A stretch of DNA of 33,359 nt from Octopus sinensis (lineage: Eukaryota): the NCBI RefSeq assembly GCF_006345805.1, contig NW_021832084.1, positions 1 through 33,359 of the forward strand. Direction: 5' to 3'. The notes beneath the pieces are model-generated. The model was not told where the DNA came from. It did no database searches and was given only the letters and a program-made list of their open reading frames with translations. The position numbers and the translations under genes are program-made. Below, piece after piece: positions 1 through 11,474 of the stretch (its first letter is position 1; each line of letters opens with the position of its first letter).

Positions 1-435
1 AGGCCAGCGAATACATATTATTCTCTGTACAAAGGAAAAGCACACAATGTACACAACATTAAATCAACAATTAAGTTTACAATGAAACTAAATGCTGGGG
101 AGATCGATATAAATTGTTTTAATTTTGTATTACGGTTATTACATTTGCAATGAAATAATATTATGGATTCGATCAAGAAAAAACTTATTGGAATAGTAAA
201 GAAGAAAGAAAATAAAAAGGAATATAAAGAATACAAGAATGAAACCCCAAAAACAAAAACAAAAACAAAGAAAAGAAAATAGATGGATGAGGATAAGGCT
301 AAGAATCATTCAAGGACGGACTGGAAGCTGGAAAGGTGGGGGTGAGATGGGGGGGGGAGTGAGACTGGGAGGGATAAGCGGGAACGAAGAGGGGCAGAGT
401 GAAAACAATGGAAGCATACAAAGAAGCACAAAAAT

Positions 436-454
436 ACATACTTGCTTATATACA

Positions 455-487
<33 letters not shown>

Positions 488-653
488 ATATACTACAGCA
501 CATATATGATGTTATATATATATATATATATATATTGTTATATATATATATATATACAGATATATATATATATACATAAATGTATATATACATTTATATA
601 AACACACATATAGATAGATATATGTGTGTTATACATATCCATGTAGGTATATA

Positions 654-690
<37 letters not shown>

Positions 691-782
691 CATATAGATG
701 GTTATATAAGTGTGTTTATACATATCTATGTATATGCATATATATATAATATATATATAATATATATATATATACTATATAT
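436..782. repeat. Compound interrupted (TA)n microsatellite
   Basis: Seen directly: several (TA)n runs with phase shifts; source of the YIYI ORFs. Confidence 0.95.
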
Positions 783-1844
783 GGTGGGGGTGGTGGTGTG
801 TGGTGGATATATGCCTTGGCGCGCTTGCGTATGTGCCCGTGTGCGTACAGAAGAGAGGGATATGATAAAACGTTGACGAAGGAGGAAGAGAAAGTGTGTG
901 AGAGAGAGAGAGAGTGAGAGAGATGAGGGGAAGAGAGGTAGAAGTGGGAGAGATGGAATGGATTTTGACCGTAACTTTATTGGTTTTACAATATTTCTGT
1001 CAGACCCTGACAAATAAAACTGCGCCTTTTACTGAGGCGAATGACCTGGAGGTCATCAGTGCCCAATTATATTGAACTAAAACGCTAGACTTCTCGTCTC
1101 TCATCGTATATATTTATATGTGTGCCATGCACGTATAGCACACGCTTTCTTATGTATACACACACGTATACACATACATATGTATATTTACACGTACATA
1201 CATGTATCACTGTATATGCGCACATCCAGAAACACACATATACACAGGCATACGTATATACATAAATGCATACATTTTTAACACATGCACGGGCGCACAC
1301 AGCTACATATACACATATATACTCACATACATATATACACATAACACTCACATACATATAGACACGTGGTTATTAAGCACGTATATATGTGTGTGTGTGT
1401 GTCTATATGTATGTGTGTGTTTTTGTGTGTGCGAGTGTTTTGTGTGTGTGTGTGTGTGTTTGTTTGGCGGATGAGTGTTTGTTGGGGGTGAGGCTTTTGT
1501 GTGTATCTGTGTGTGGATGTTTGTATGAATGAAAAAAATTTCTAAATACTTTGATGTGAATATATGCGCATACAAATAACTATACACATAATCACACACA
1601 CACACACACATACACACACACATATACACGCACATAGAAATACCTACATGGCGTAACTAGACCCATAAACGCTTCAAGGTATATATTAATACTTTTAAGT
1701 AACGCATTTAGAGACTGATAAAGCCGAATGAGTAATTACAACATATTAAGGCAGAACGTAACTGAGATCTTTGTGAAATACACCGTGTATACTTTGTCCC
1801 GAGGGTTCGGTTTGTCTCAAAAACTCATCCGGCTATTCACCAAT

Positions 1845-2125
1845 GGATTATTTAGTGTTACTTTTATGAAGACATCGTGGCCCTTCATTCACCTGTAGCA
1901 TATCTCGGAAACGTTGAGAGCATGCATTCGTGCGGCAATATCAACTTTTTCTCTTTTAACGGGAGCAAAGATACTCAAATACCTCATAAGCGGAGAAAAT
2001 TCCATCGCACAAGTTTTGATCAGAACAAGAGCGGAATAACTTAGCGCCCTCAACGCTACCCCAAATTTTTAGCACCGTCCATTCCCAAGTGAATGCCTTT
2101 CCAGACCAAAGAGCATTCTTATCAT
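1845..2125 (-). pseudogene. Possible very degraded L1/Tx1-type LINE ORF2 C-terminal remnant
   Basis: Minus-strand manual translation DKNALWSGKAFTWEWTVLKIWGSVEGAKLFRSCSDQNLCDGIFSAYEVFEYLCSR*KRK loosely resembles Tx1 ORF2 C-termini. Weak, from recall only. Confidence 0.2.
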
Positions 2126-2339
2126 ATTAACCGCATCTCTATGGGGGGGTTCTTCTCTTCTGAGCCAGAAAATAATTCAGCCCCCAAAAACTGCTAGCAT
2201 TATGCAAGGCGTAAGTAATGACCTAAATCAAATACTGTTCCAGAACAGTACTGGAGGAGTATTTTTCGTCTGGGATGAGTGCATTTTGGAATGGGGGGGG
2301 GATCTTGCAATTCTACCAGATAGATGAAAAAGCATTGTA

Positions 2340-2582
2340 GAAAGTGAAGTAGAGTATATTTTAGATTAAAACATAATTTGTTTATCTTAATTTTGAAATA
2401 TAAAGAAGTATGAAATTTTAAAAAAACATTATACAATTCTATATTTAAAAGATGAGGAATTATGTACATTATTTACATTGGGGGGATATTTGACCTCATC
2501 TTGTTTGTTGTTAACACAACGTTTCGGCTGATATACCCTCCAGCCTTCATCAGGTGTCTTGGTGAAATTTAGAACCTGGGTC
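2340..2582 (-). mobile_element. Penelope-like element terminal-repeat (pLTR) fragment carrying a hammerhead motif
   Basis: Contains a complete minimal HHR followed on the - strand by an AT-rich trailer. Minimal HHRs in pLTRs are an established feature of Penelope-like elements. Boundaries approximate. Confidence 0.55.
2513..2558 (-). ncRNA. Minimal type I hammerhead ribozyme
   Basis: Minus strand reads GACAC-CUGAUGA-A-GGCUG-(GAGGGUAUAU)-CAGCC-GAAA-CGUU-GUGUU. Both core boxes are intact, with a 5-bp stem II, a 5-bp stem I (GACAC/GUGUU), palindromic ACGU in place of stem III, and a GUU cleavage triplet. Confidence 0.75.
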
Positions 2583-2754
2583 TACTCAAAAAATGCATCA
2601 GCTTGTTAGCAAGACCATGTGATGCTTGCAAAATAAACCAACTCCCGCAGCTTGGCTAAAGTCTGCGCTCAGCGCGCACGCACGGAGTTGACTCCATTGG
2701 CTTGATTTCCTCGAGAACATGAGACTTTTCTGTCTTTCTTGGATCTTTTCTTCA

Positions 2755-2846
2755 AAAATATAAGACATGCCCTGAAAATAAACCCTACTCCGTTTTGGGA
2801 TGAAAAATTAATGTAAGACCGGGTCATATTTTCGCGGAAACAGATG
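2755..2846. mobile_element. Terminal portion of a Tc2/pogo-like DNA transposon or MITE
   Basis: Repeated subterminal motifs AATATAAGAC / AAAATAAACC / TGTAAGACC, then GGGTCATATTTTCGCGGAAACAG, resembling the reverse complement of CCGTGTTTCCCCGAAAATAAGAC-type TIRs. Abuts a TA run. The other end was not found. Confidence 0.45.
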
Positions 2847-2848
2847 AT

Positions 2849-2897
<49 letters not shown>

Positions 2898-3890
2898 ACA
2901 AATTTCTGCACATGAACCCGGAGTTTCTACCCTTGGACAGGTCGCTCCAACCGTGCCTGATGCAAAAAAGTCTACTTTCTGTGTGAATTTCGGTTAATAA
3001 TTTAAATGTTACGGTAAACATCGACTTTTCATTTAAACTATAAACATATACATAATATATATATTATATAATATATATATATATATATATATAATATAAT
3101 ATATATATATATATATATATAATATATGCATGTATATGTGTGTATAAACAGTCATGCTGAAAAGCGTCGAAAATGGCCCCCATCAATCCATCCCAGCGGC
3201 ACGAATCCCGCAAATAGCATCACTTTCATATATAAACGAAACATCCCCATAAACACGAAAACCGAGTTCTTCGGTCACCCCACCCCCCTCCAGCCACCGA
3301 CGCCTTTACAAACTGCAGCAACAATATTTTTAAGGAAAGAAAAAAACAAATACTTTGCCATGTTTCATAACGATCTCCCCACACCAAAAACACATAAATA
3401 AATAAATAAACTAAACAATAAAATAACGTTACCAGATTTGTGTAGATAATGAAAGCCTTGTAAGAAACGGCCTGGAGAAATCATTGCTAATCAATCTTAC
3501 CATTAAGTTTGCACACACCCCTCCCCCCAGCCACTAACTATCTCTTAATGCTTCGACTTCTCTTCGACAAATCACGCGATATTTACGCTTACATTCACGG
3601 AAATACGCATATACACACAGATACACGCCGACACACGCATGCATGTATACACATATTTTTGTGTGCTGTGTGTGTGCTATGTATTTTTATGTATGTATGG
3701 ACACATGCCTCTCTCTTTCTATCCATCTACCTATCGATATCTATCTGATAGATAGATACAAACACACACACATGCACGCACACATTCACGCACACGCACT
3801 CACACACTAACACACTCACATATACACATATGTATTCTTTCGTTTATATACTGCAAATGTATTTTTATGCATGTGAATAAATATATAAAT

Positions 3891-4068
3891 GTTCCTTCTC
3901 GAGCCATGCCAGGCTCATAAGAGCCGGTTTCCCGGTTTCAATGGCGGAGAAATCCCCCACCCGGAGCAACGTGAAATGAAGTGTGTTGCTCGAGAACCCA
4001 CGAATCGAAACCACAACCTTACGATCATGATTTCAACACCCTATAACCAATAAGCCACGCGCCTTCAC
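3891..4068 (-). mobile_element. tRNA-derived SINE (family B), internally deleted
   Basis: Reverse complement begins GTGAAGGCGCGTGGCTTATTGG (A box) ... GGTTTCGATTC (B box), then GAGCAACACACTTCATTTCACGTTGCTCC and GAAACCGGGAAACCGGCTCTTATGAG. Homologous to 19708-19925. Confidence 0.8.
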
Positions 4069-4069
4069 G

Positions 4070-4135
<66 letters not shown>

Positions 4136-4140
4136 ATATA

Positions 4141-4552
4141 GGCACAACTTCATAAGCAAGCCCTAAACTCAACTCGTCCTGTCGAAAGACCCTTGTCCTA
4201 CGTCTGGTTTTGTTTTGTTTTTTTTATTTTTACCGTTATTGTTTTTACGTTTTTGTATTCTAGTTGGTGTCACGTATTCTGTATTTTTGTTCGTGTACTT
4301 CGTTCGTTTTCCGTCCTCGTGTTGTATACATTCGAAGCTTTCTTCCAGGGGATCTAATGCGCTTGGCTTAGATTTCCCTGGCGGGCTGCCCAATCGGAGC
4401 AATCTCAAGATTAATCAGTCGAAATGCTAAAGATGATCTGGTTCTTGACTGATGACTGAGGGCTTCGAATGTCCCGTCCTGTGGTCTTGTGTCGTGTCTC
4501 TGTGGTGTTTCATGTTCTTGTCCATGTCTGTAATTATTTTTACTGTTTACCA
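4141..4552. repeat. Probable interspersed repeat inserted within a (TA)n tract, class uncertain (possibly Penelope-like UTR)
   Basis: Complex-sequence island bounded on both sides by TA runs, the same context as the HHR-bearing pieces. No coding signature. Confidence 0.3.
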
Positions 4553-4575
4553 TATATATATATATATATATATAG

Positions 4576-4611
<36 letters not shown>

Positions 4612-4633
4612 GCATACATATATATATACATAC

Positions 4634-4700
<67 letters not shown>

Positions 4701-5149
4701 ACAGCCAGGCGTCTTAAAGGTAAATAGATAGTAATATTTTGAAAGATGTATTTCTAGAGACGATTTAATGTCACCTGATGCATTTAATTACTCAGTCCAG
4801 TATTTAGTGTGCATGCATTGAGCATAATATATTAACGTTATTGAAGCAATAAGCAGAGTCCAAACTGATAAACAGTCTCATGAACGGGTCTATTAAATTT
4901 GGGTGTGTGTGTGTATATACTTATACGTGTTAATATGTTTGTGTGTTTGTGCGAGTGTGTCTGGTGTGTGTGTGTGTGTAAGCTTATGAAATAGATGTTT
5001 CCCAATTCATTATCCTATATGAATTATGCTTATGAGGATTTTTGTCGGTCGATAGATAGCACTCATTAGCAAACAAATTATTTGATGAAGTTATGAACAA
5101 AGCCCGGTTCCGTGCGGTATGAACATTCTATTTGAGCGCTTCTGGTTTC

Positions 5150-5330
5150 CTTTTTTTACGAGAATGGGTTATTAGCCCATTGCCTAACCCCAACCTGGTG
5201 AACCAGTGGACTATTTTTTGGCTGACCTTACCGCCTCGGGTGATCCTACGAGGAGTACAACACTCCGGACGGCATAGCTCAACAGGTCATTGCAGCACGC
5301 AAACACCCATAGCAACGTTAATGTGGTAGT
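5150..5330 (-). mobile_element. RTE-clade LINE 5' region fragment
   Basis: TTTTACGAGAATGGGTTATTAGCCC...CCTAACCCCAACCTGGTGAACCAG...GGGTGATCCTACGAGGAG...GGCATAGCTC...GGTCATTG...GCACGCAA matches, from recall, the antisense of the conserved RTE 5' region. Confidence 0.55.
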
Positions 5331-5347
5331 GTAAAGGGGTGATATAT

Positions 5348-5401
<54 letters not shown>

Positions 5402-5519
5402 TATATAATATATATATATTATATGTGTTGTGTGTGTTATGATATATATAGGCGTCTGTGTGGTAGGCAGAAGAAACGGTAAGATAGGCGTGACAGGTGT
5501 GGTTCCAGGTTTTACTCGA

Positions 5520-5645
5520 AGAGTTTTACTCGAACAAATCGGTCCCGGGACTCTTTTGCCTAACCGCTGATTTACGGGGACGTAAACATACCAACAGCGT
5601 TGGTCAGGCAGTGGTGGAGGCGACATACACGGACACAAAGACATG
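5520..5645 (-). mobile_element. SINE family C, 3' half fragment
   Basis: CTCTTTTGCCTAACCGCTGATTTACGGGGACGTAAACATACCAAC is the reverse complement of the segment homologous to 11495-11570 (TTTACGCCCAAGTAACTTAGCAGTTCGTCAAA). Confidence 0.6.
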
Positions 5646-5704
5646 CAAAGATATATACATATACATATATTATATATATATATATGAGAGAGAGAGAAAT
5701 GGAT

Positions 5705-5736
5705 GGATAGATAGATAGATAGATAGATAGATAGAC

Positions 5737-5768
<32 letters not shown>

Positions 5769-5831
5769 TAGATAGATATAGATAGATAGATAGATAGATG
5801 ATAGATAGATAGATAGCCAGAAAGAAGAAAG

Positions 5832-5922
<91 letters not shown>
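5705..5922. repeat. (GATA)n tetranucleotide arrays
   Basis: Seen directly. Confidence 0.95.
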
Positions 5923-5923
<1 letters not shown>

Positions 5924-5990
5924 CTTTTTTATTAGCCACAAAGAGCTGAACACAGAGGGGACAAATTACAAAGTAGAGCTTTTCTTTTTT
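5924..5990 (-). mobile_element. Retroposon 3' tail adjoining (GATA)n, copy 1
   Basis: TTTATTAGCCACAAAGAGCTGAACACAGAGGGGACAAATTACAAAGTAGAGCTTTTC recurs at 32984 and 33298. The minus strand ends in AATAAA. Confidence 0.7.
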
Positions 5991-6712
5991 CTTCAATTGC
6001 TGCTTCCAATTTGCTTGGTAGACCGCCATTTAAATATGTTTTAGCTTATTGCTTTTTATTTTATTTGAATAAGATTTCCCGTAAAAAAGCCGCAATAATT
6101 ATGCAACTACCCAATATATCTTGTTATCCCGCAATTCCAACACTTATTCTCTACTCTCATTAACAATATTTTCAGCAATATAGCAGAAAGCGACATTCTA
6201 AGACTTATATACAACAATAGAAACATATTTATATCGCCATACGTTTTGTATTGAAAGAGCAAGAAAAAGGAAATGGAGAAAAACATAAACAAGAGAAATA
6301 AACGGAAATTTAAATTTAGAATAAAGAAAAGGTGAAACGGGAAAGGTGAAATAACGACATTGACATTTATATTGTGATATCGCAGCAATAAAAACTGAAT
6401 TGAAAATAAACTGACAAGAAACGACGATGATAAAAATGCAATGAGGTCAGAGTATAATCTCGAAGAATGCAGCAAAGCGTCCTGTGCTCTCGAGATGGAA
6501 ATGAATGACGCCAAAGGAAAAGAATAGATATCTTGAGGCATATCAACGTAAGTAGATGTAATTAAAAAAACACTTTTAAACTTCGTGAGGAGGTCGCAGC
6601 TGTGGCCTGCAAAATGTAGTTGGTGCCTCATTTAATATATTTAAATTAAAACGAACATTCTTGTTTTTAATTGAATAGTAAAGAAACGCACATGTACAAT
6701 TTTTGCGTTTCG

Positions 6713-6731
6713 CACACACACACAGACACAC

Positions 6732-6791
<60 letters not shown>
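6713..6791. repeat. (CA)n(TA)n microsatellite
   Basis: Seen directly. Confidence 0.95.
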
Positions 6792-7099
6792 TGAGAGATA
6801 TAGACAAGTGTGCGTATGTGTGTATGCGTTTGAGATACGTGTATATCTGGGTGTATCAGATTACACATATGCATATATATATTAGGAGATATAGACAAAT
6901 GTATGTATGTGTGTATGCTTGTGAAGTTCGTGTATATATGCGTGTCAGATTACACGTATGCATCTATGTATGTAATGTATATATATATGCTTGCTGTAGT
7001 TGCTATTTCTATTGTTATTATTAAGGCGGCGACCAGGAAGAAGCGTTTCTAATACGTCTTGCAAGCTATTTCAATACCGGGTCTTTCTCAGCTCAGTGC

Positions 7100-7362
7100 G
7101 CATTGACTTTGCCTAGGACTACAGAAATTGGTATCAAGGCTATAAGAAATAACAATGGGGAACAAGAGTCTCCCTGAAAGATACCTCTATTGATTGTTAT
7201 CTCGGCTAATCTGTAGTTGTTATGGAAAAGACGTTTTTTCCAACTAGGCATCCTCTTATTAATCAGCTATGCCACACATGTCGAGTGTTTCCAAAATCGA
7301 CGAACGCGGCAACATATCGTAAGCCTTTTGAAAGTCTATCCAGGCCTTGCACGAATATTTTT
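7100..7362 (-). pseudogene. Reverse-transcriptase fragment of an R4/Dong-type (RLE-encoding) non-LTR retrotransposon
   Basis: Manual translation: KAWIDFQKAYDMLPRSSILETLDMCGIAD*, frameshift, then SWKKRLFHNNYRLAEITINRGIFQGDSCSPLLFLIALIPISVVL. These match the RT motifs AWIDYKKAYD and RGIFQGDSLSPLLF. Confidence 0.85.
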
Positions 7363-7400
7363 CGTACCGTTTACAGTTCTTCATTATTATTATTATTATT

Positions 7401-7855
7401 GAGTGGTAGAGCAGTGCATGCCATCGAACTGACACAGCGGTAGAGTATACAAAGCTAAACTGTACCCACCATGACTACCCGTCTGATAAGGGTAGACAAG
7501 GCACATGCATCATAAAAATATGTGCGCGACATGGTGGCCTTATGTCAACATAAACACGACCTTATATGAGGGGACAAGTTAGAATTTGTTTCAGCTCGAG
7601 TAACCCTTCCCGCTGAAAAGGTCCTTGAATAAGGATTCTTTAAGGATGTTGAACGAAACTCCTATGTTTCTAGAGGTGAATGATTCAAACTCCGAAGAAG
7701 TGCTCTCAACACAGCTATGATACTTTTCCGCTACTTCTGCTCATGATGAGAGATGCACATATTTCCAGCCACCAAGAGACATGCTTAACTGGTTAAGATC
7801 AAACAATTAACAAGCAGATCTCTGGTATTCAGCAGAATATTTGCTTTAGCCCCAT
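7401..7855. repeat. Interspersed repeat flanked by (ATT)n runs; resembles an abundant octopus repeat, class uncertain
   Basis: Starts immediately after (ATT)n at 7383-7400. Sequence recognised from recall only. No ORF. Confidence 0.4.
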
Positions 7856-7914
7856 GATAACACTTCCAATCTGTTAAGATCAGAAGTCTGAGAGTCTGTA
7901 CCATCAGGGCATTT

Positions 7915-8234
7915 ATTATTATAATTATTGTTGTTGTTATTTACTTTTAATCTGCATGTTTGTTACAATCATTTACCGAGACACACCCAAGGGCAAGTGA
8001 AGCATATTACAATATGACTGAAACCTTGGATAGGGAAGTGCCAGGAGCAGTAGCGAAATATCTTCATGTAATACAGCACAGATATTTAAATTGATAGGGT
8101 TTTAATCAGGATATGGGCATTACTTGTAAGCATATTCATTTGGATTTCTCTAAGACTTGGTTCTTCTGGGATGTTGTCAAGGTGTTTCTGACGTCCCTTT
8201 TTGTTATCATACCTAGGGCACCTACAATAACAAT
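7915..8234 (-). mobile_element. R4/Dong-type retrotransposon 3' end (ORF C-terminus, 3' UTR, TAA/CAA-type tail)
   Basis: Translation IVIVGALGMITK, frameshift, KGRQKHLDNIPEEPSLREIQMNMLTSNAHILIKTLSI* (stop at 8086-8088), matching the PIIVGALG...LLGTAHILRKVL terminus of this clade. Confidence 0.8.
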
Positions 8235-8750
8235 ATTATGATGATAATTGTTATAGTCTTTGGTTTACATCTTGTAGAGTCTGGTATAAGCGATAGGTCT
8301 GTGTTGCCACCACGAGGATAGATGCACTACTCCTGCCCCGTTATGAAGACATCGTGATTTGTAGAAAAGAGAGAAGAGTGCAATATTTTTAGGTCGCAGC
8401 ACTATCGACGCATCCCATTGAAGTATCCAGATATTGTATGATAATAAGCATGGGTTTATCGGTAGCAAAAAATGTGTCCGCTAAAATCAATAATGGGTCG
8501 GTTTGTTCGCATTAGCCTTACTTAGAATTAGACTTACTGCACTAAGAACAGATATAATCTATGCAACTAAGTCCAAAACAGTTCCCATCAACAGAGACTT
8601 TAATGGTGGTCATTGATTCCATGAAATGCTCTGCATACCTTTGTCTGATTTTTAACCATTTTAAAGAGTCCTGGAAGTAGTCGATTTCGAAATGATAGAT
8701 CCGATACATCAATCTTTTCTTATTTCTCGTAAAAAATTTTAGAGTTCACA

Positions 8751-9295
8751 TTTATATTAATAAAAGCGAAATTCTGTCTGTTCGTCTGGGATCCCTGTAT
8801 CGCAGACTACATTTGTTCTACCTAGACATATTATACCTTTTGGAATCAGGATGGTCCCAGGATTGGAAATCTGCCTTTTATTTGGTTCTTGAACATCCAG
8901 CATTGGGATCTTATTTAAAAGCAGTTGGATTGCCATTTCTAGCAGGTAAAGCTTGGTGTGTATATACCATCTTGGTTGGCGTTTGTCAGATGACGACAGA
9001 GATCAAAGAGGAGATAAATGCCAATCGCTTCGTTAATTTTACGCCGTGATAAGAATTTGGGACAAATTCACCAAGAGGTGGATTTCAAATTAGGACTGGA
9101 TGATATAAATATTGCATTAAGGAATTAATCTTCAACCATCCTTAATCTCTCATCAAACAACACTGGGGTATATAGTCATTATAGCCGTATTATAGTCATG
9201 CTATTTAAGCCCCTATAGATTTGTACCACAGAGACCAATTAGCCCACTGCAGGAGCTAGGTGAAGAGTCCTCACCGAGTGTCACTTTTAAGCTAG
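8751..9295 (+). mobile_element. Candidate non-autonomous Helitron
   Basis: The 5' TTTATATTAATAAAAGCGAAATTCTGTCTGTTCGTCTG follows an A. The 3' end has a short hairpin GGTGA...TCACC (9259-9275), then CTAG (9292-9295) followed by T. The canonical 5' TC is TT here. Confidence 0.35.
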
Positions 9296-9749
9296 TATTA
9301 TACATAGGACAGTTCGGTATGTCAAGCGGTCCTTAACGACACATCTAATCATCCGAATAGTGAGTCCGAAACTAGATTCTTGAGATTGCGATATCTACGA
9401 AAATATACCACTGAAAATGATAAAACAGGAGACAAATCGGTGAATAAGAGACAATAATTTTATTTGTGAAGTTTTCTTATAACAAAAACCATGATATTTT
9501 TTGGATTGATCTGGAAAAGGACCCCAGAGATGTAGGTTCCATGAATTATGCATCAAGTAATTTTTTTTCTCTCTACATATAGCATAAACTTATAATCTTC
9601 TGACCCCCGACCACCACCCTCCCAACAACGCTTGCATTAGTAACAACGGTCCTTGTTTACGTCACTCCAACACAGACCAGCAACACGAGAACATGATATA
9701 TGCTTTAATATATTATGCATTCCTACTCTTTACCCCCCTCTCTCCGCTC

Positions 9750-9929
9750 TCCCTCTCTCTGTGTATGTATATATATGTGTGTGTATATGTGTGTATGTGT
9801 GTATCTGTGTAAGTATGTATATATGTATATATATATATATATATATTTACATACAGTAATGTATATCAATATACACACACATATATATCTGTGTGTATAT
9901 ATATATATATATATATTTCTGTATATATA

Positions 9930-9961
<32 letters not shown>

Positions 9962-10050
9962 CGTGCATAAATACACATACAAATATATGTATGTATATAA
10001 ATATATATATATACATATACTGTGTGTATATATTTATACTTATATATATG

Positions 10051-10099
<49 letters not shown>

Positions 10100-10135
10100 A
10101 GAGAGAGAGAGAGAGAGAGAGATGATAGATAGATA
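9750..10135. repeat. Compound (TG)/(TA)/(GA) microsatellite region
   Basis: Seen directly. Confidence 0.9.
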
Positions 10136-10651
10136 TTTGTGCATATATACACACACAGATACATATAATGCATACATAGAAGTTCGGAAACACGTCCAAA
10201 CGTGCTCGTACAAATATACTAACATGGTAAGTTGTAGTACTAGCAACGAAGATTGACTGCAAAGAGTAGAGATACTACTACACAACAATTAAATAAAAAA
10301 GTTAGAAAACAAAACAAAAATATTTAAGAACGATGTCTCAGAGAAGAAAGTACTTCCCCCAACAAGAGGAAGGAAAAAGAAACGATAAGAAGGAAAAAGC
10401 ATATTGAGAGAAGACACTCTGAAATCGCTGGCCATAAATCCTGAAAAATGCGATATTGTATGTTTGACGGAATCGGACAGGGAATTGAATGTAATAAAAC
10501 TCATGATCTTCGAATAATTGTGAAGGCAATCGTTGCAAACTCTCCGAATGAACTCTGCTTTCTTCATTTGTATCCGAGCTTTCAGAAATATATCATGCGC
10601 CGTACGCACATGTAATTCAAATGCCAGTTCTGCCTGTATTTATAGCGATAT

Positions 10652-10654
<3 letters not shown>

Positions 10655-10682
<28 letters not shown>

Positions 10683-10714
10683 CTACACACATGTATATAT
10701 GTTTGTATATAGGC

Positions 10715-10773
<59 letters not shown>

Positions 10774-10818
10774 CATATATATATATATAATACATATATA
10801 CATATATCTATGTTTGTA

Positions 10819-10849
<31 letters not shown>

Positions 10850-11212
10850 ATATATGCATGTATATATATGTGTATATATATATATGCATATATACATATA
10901 TATATGTATGCATATATATGCATGTATATATGTGCGTATATATATACATATAAAGGCATGCGTATATGTATGATATCTGTATCTACATCTATATTTAGCT
11001 ATATATCGTTCACTTTCTATCTATCTATATCTATGTCGCTTTCGCTCTCTTTTTCTCTCTCTCTCTCTCTCACTTTCTCTCACTCTACCGGTCTCCGTGC
11101 GTTCATCTGTGCATGTGTGTGTGTGTGTGCGTGTGTCTGTGTGTGTGTGTGTTCGTCTGTGTGTATGTGTGTGTGCGTGTGTGTGTGTGTATGTGTGCGT
11201 TTGTGTGTGTGT
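10655..11212. repeat. Compound (TA)/(CT)/(TG) microsatellite region
   Basis: Seen directly. Confidence 0.9.
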
Positions 11213-11235
11213 TGATAAGAAGACGAAGTATACGT

Positions 11236-11417
11236 AGGCGAGCACGGAAATGTGGTAAGAAATCTGATTCCCATTAACACACTTCTGAGTTCAATCCGAG
11301 TTCAATCCTATGTAGCATGCTACACTGGGTCAATGTCATATACTAGAATCACGAGTCGACGAAGGCCCTTCCAATGTTGGTAGGTAGAAATTGAAAGAAG
11401 CCTCATTCTATAAATGC

Positions 11418-11474
<57 letters not shown>

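Noticed and set aside
4445-4480. CTGATGA...CGAATGTC as a hammerhead
   Set aside because: No stem II pairing, and GAAT instead of GAAA.
6440-6555. Short ORF near a GTAAGT donor-like site
   Set aside because: Stops after about 28 codons, with no acceptor context or recognisable protein.
8400-8720. Minus-strand IKVSVDGNCFG, resembling an OTU/vertnin-like catalytic motif
   Set aside because: One short motif among stops and frameshifts. It cannot be supported without an HMM search.
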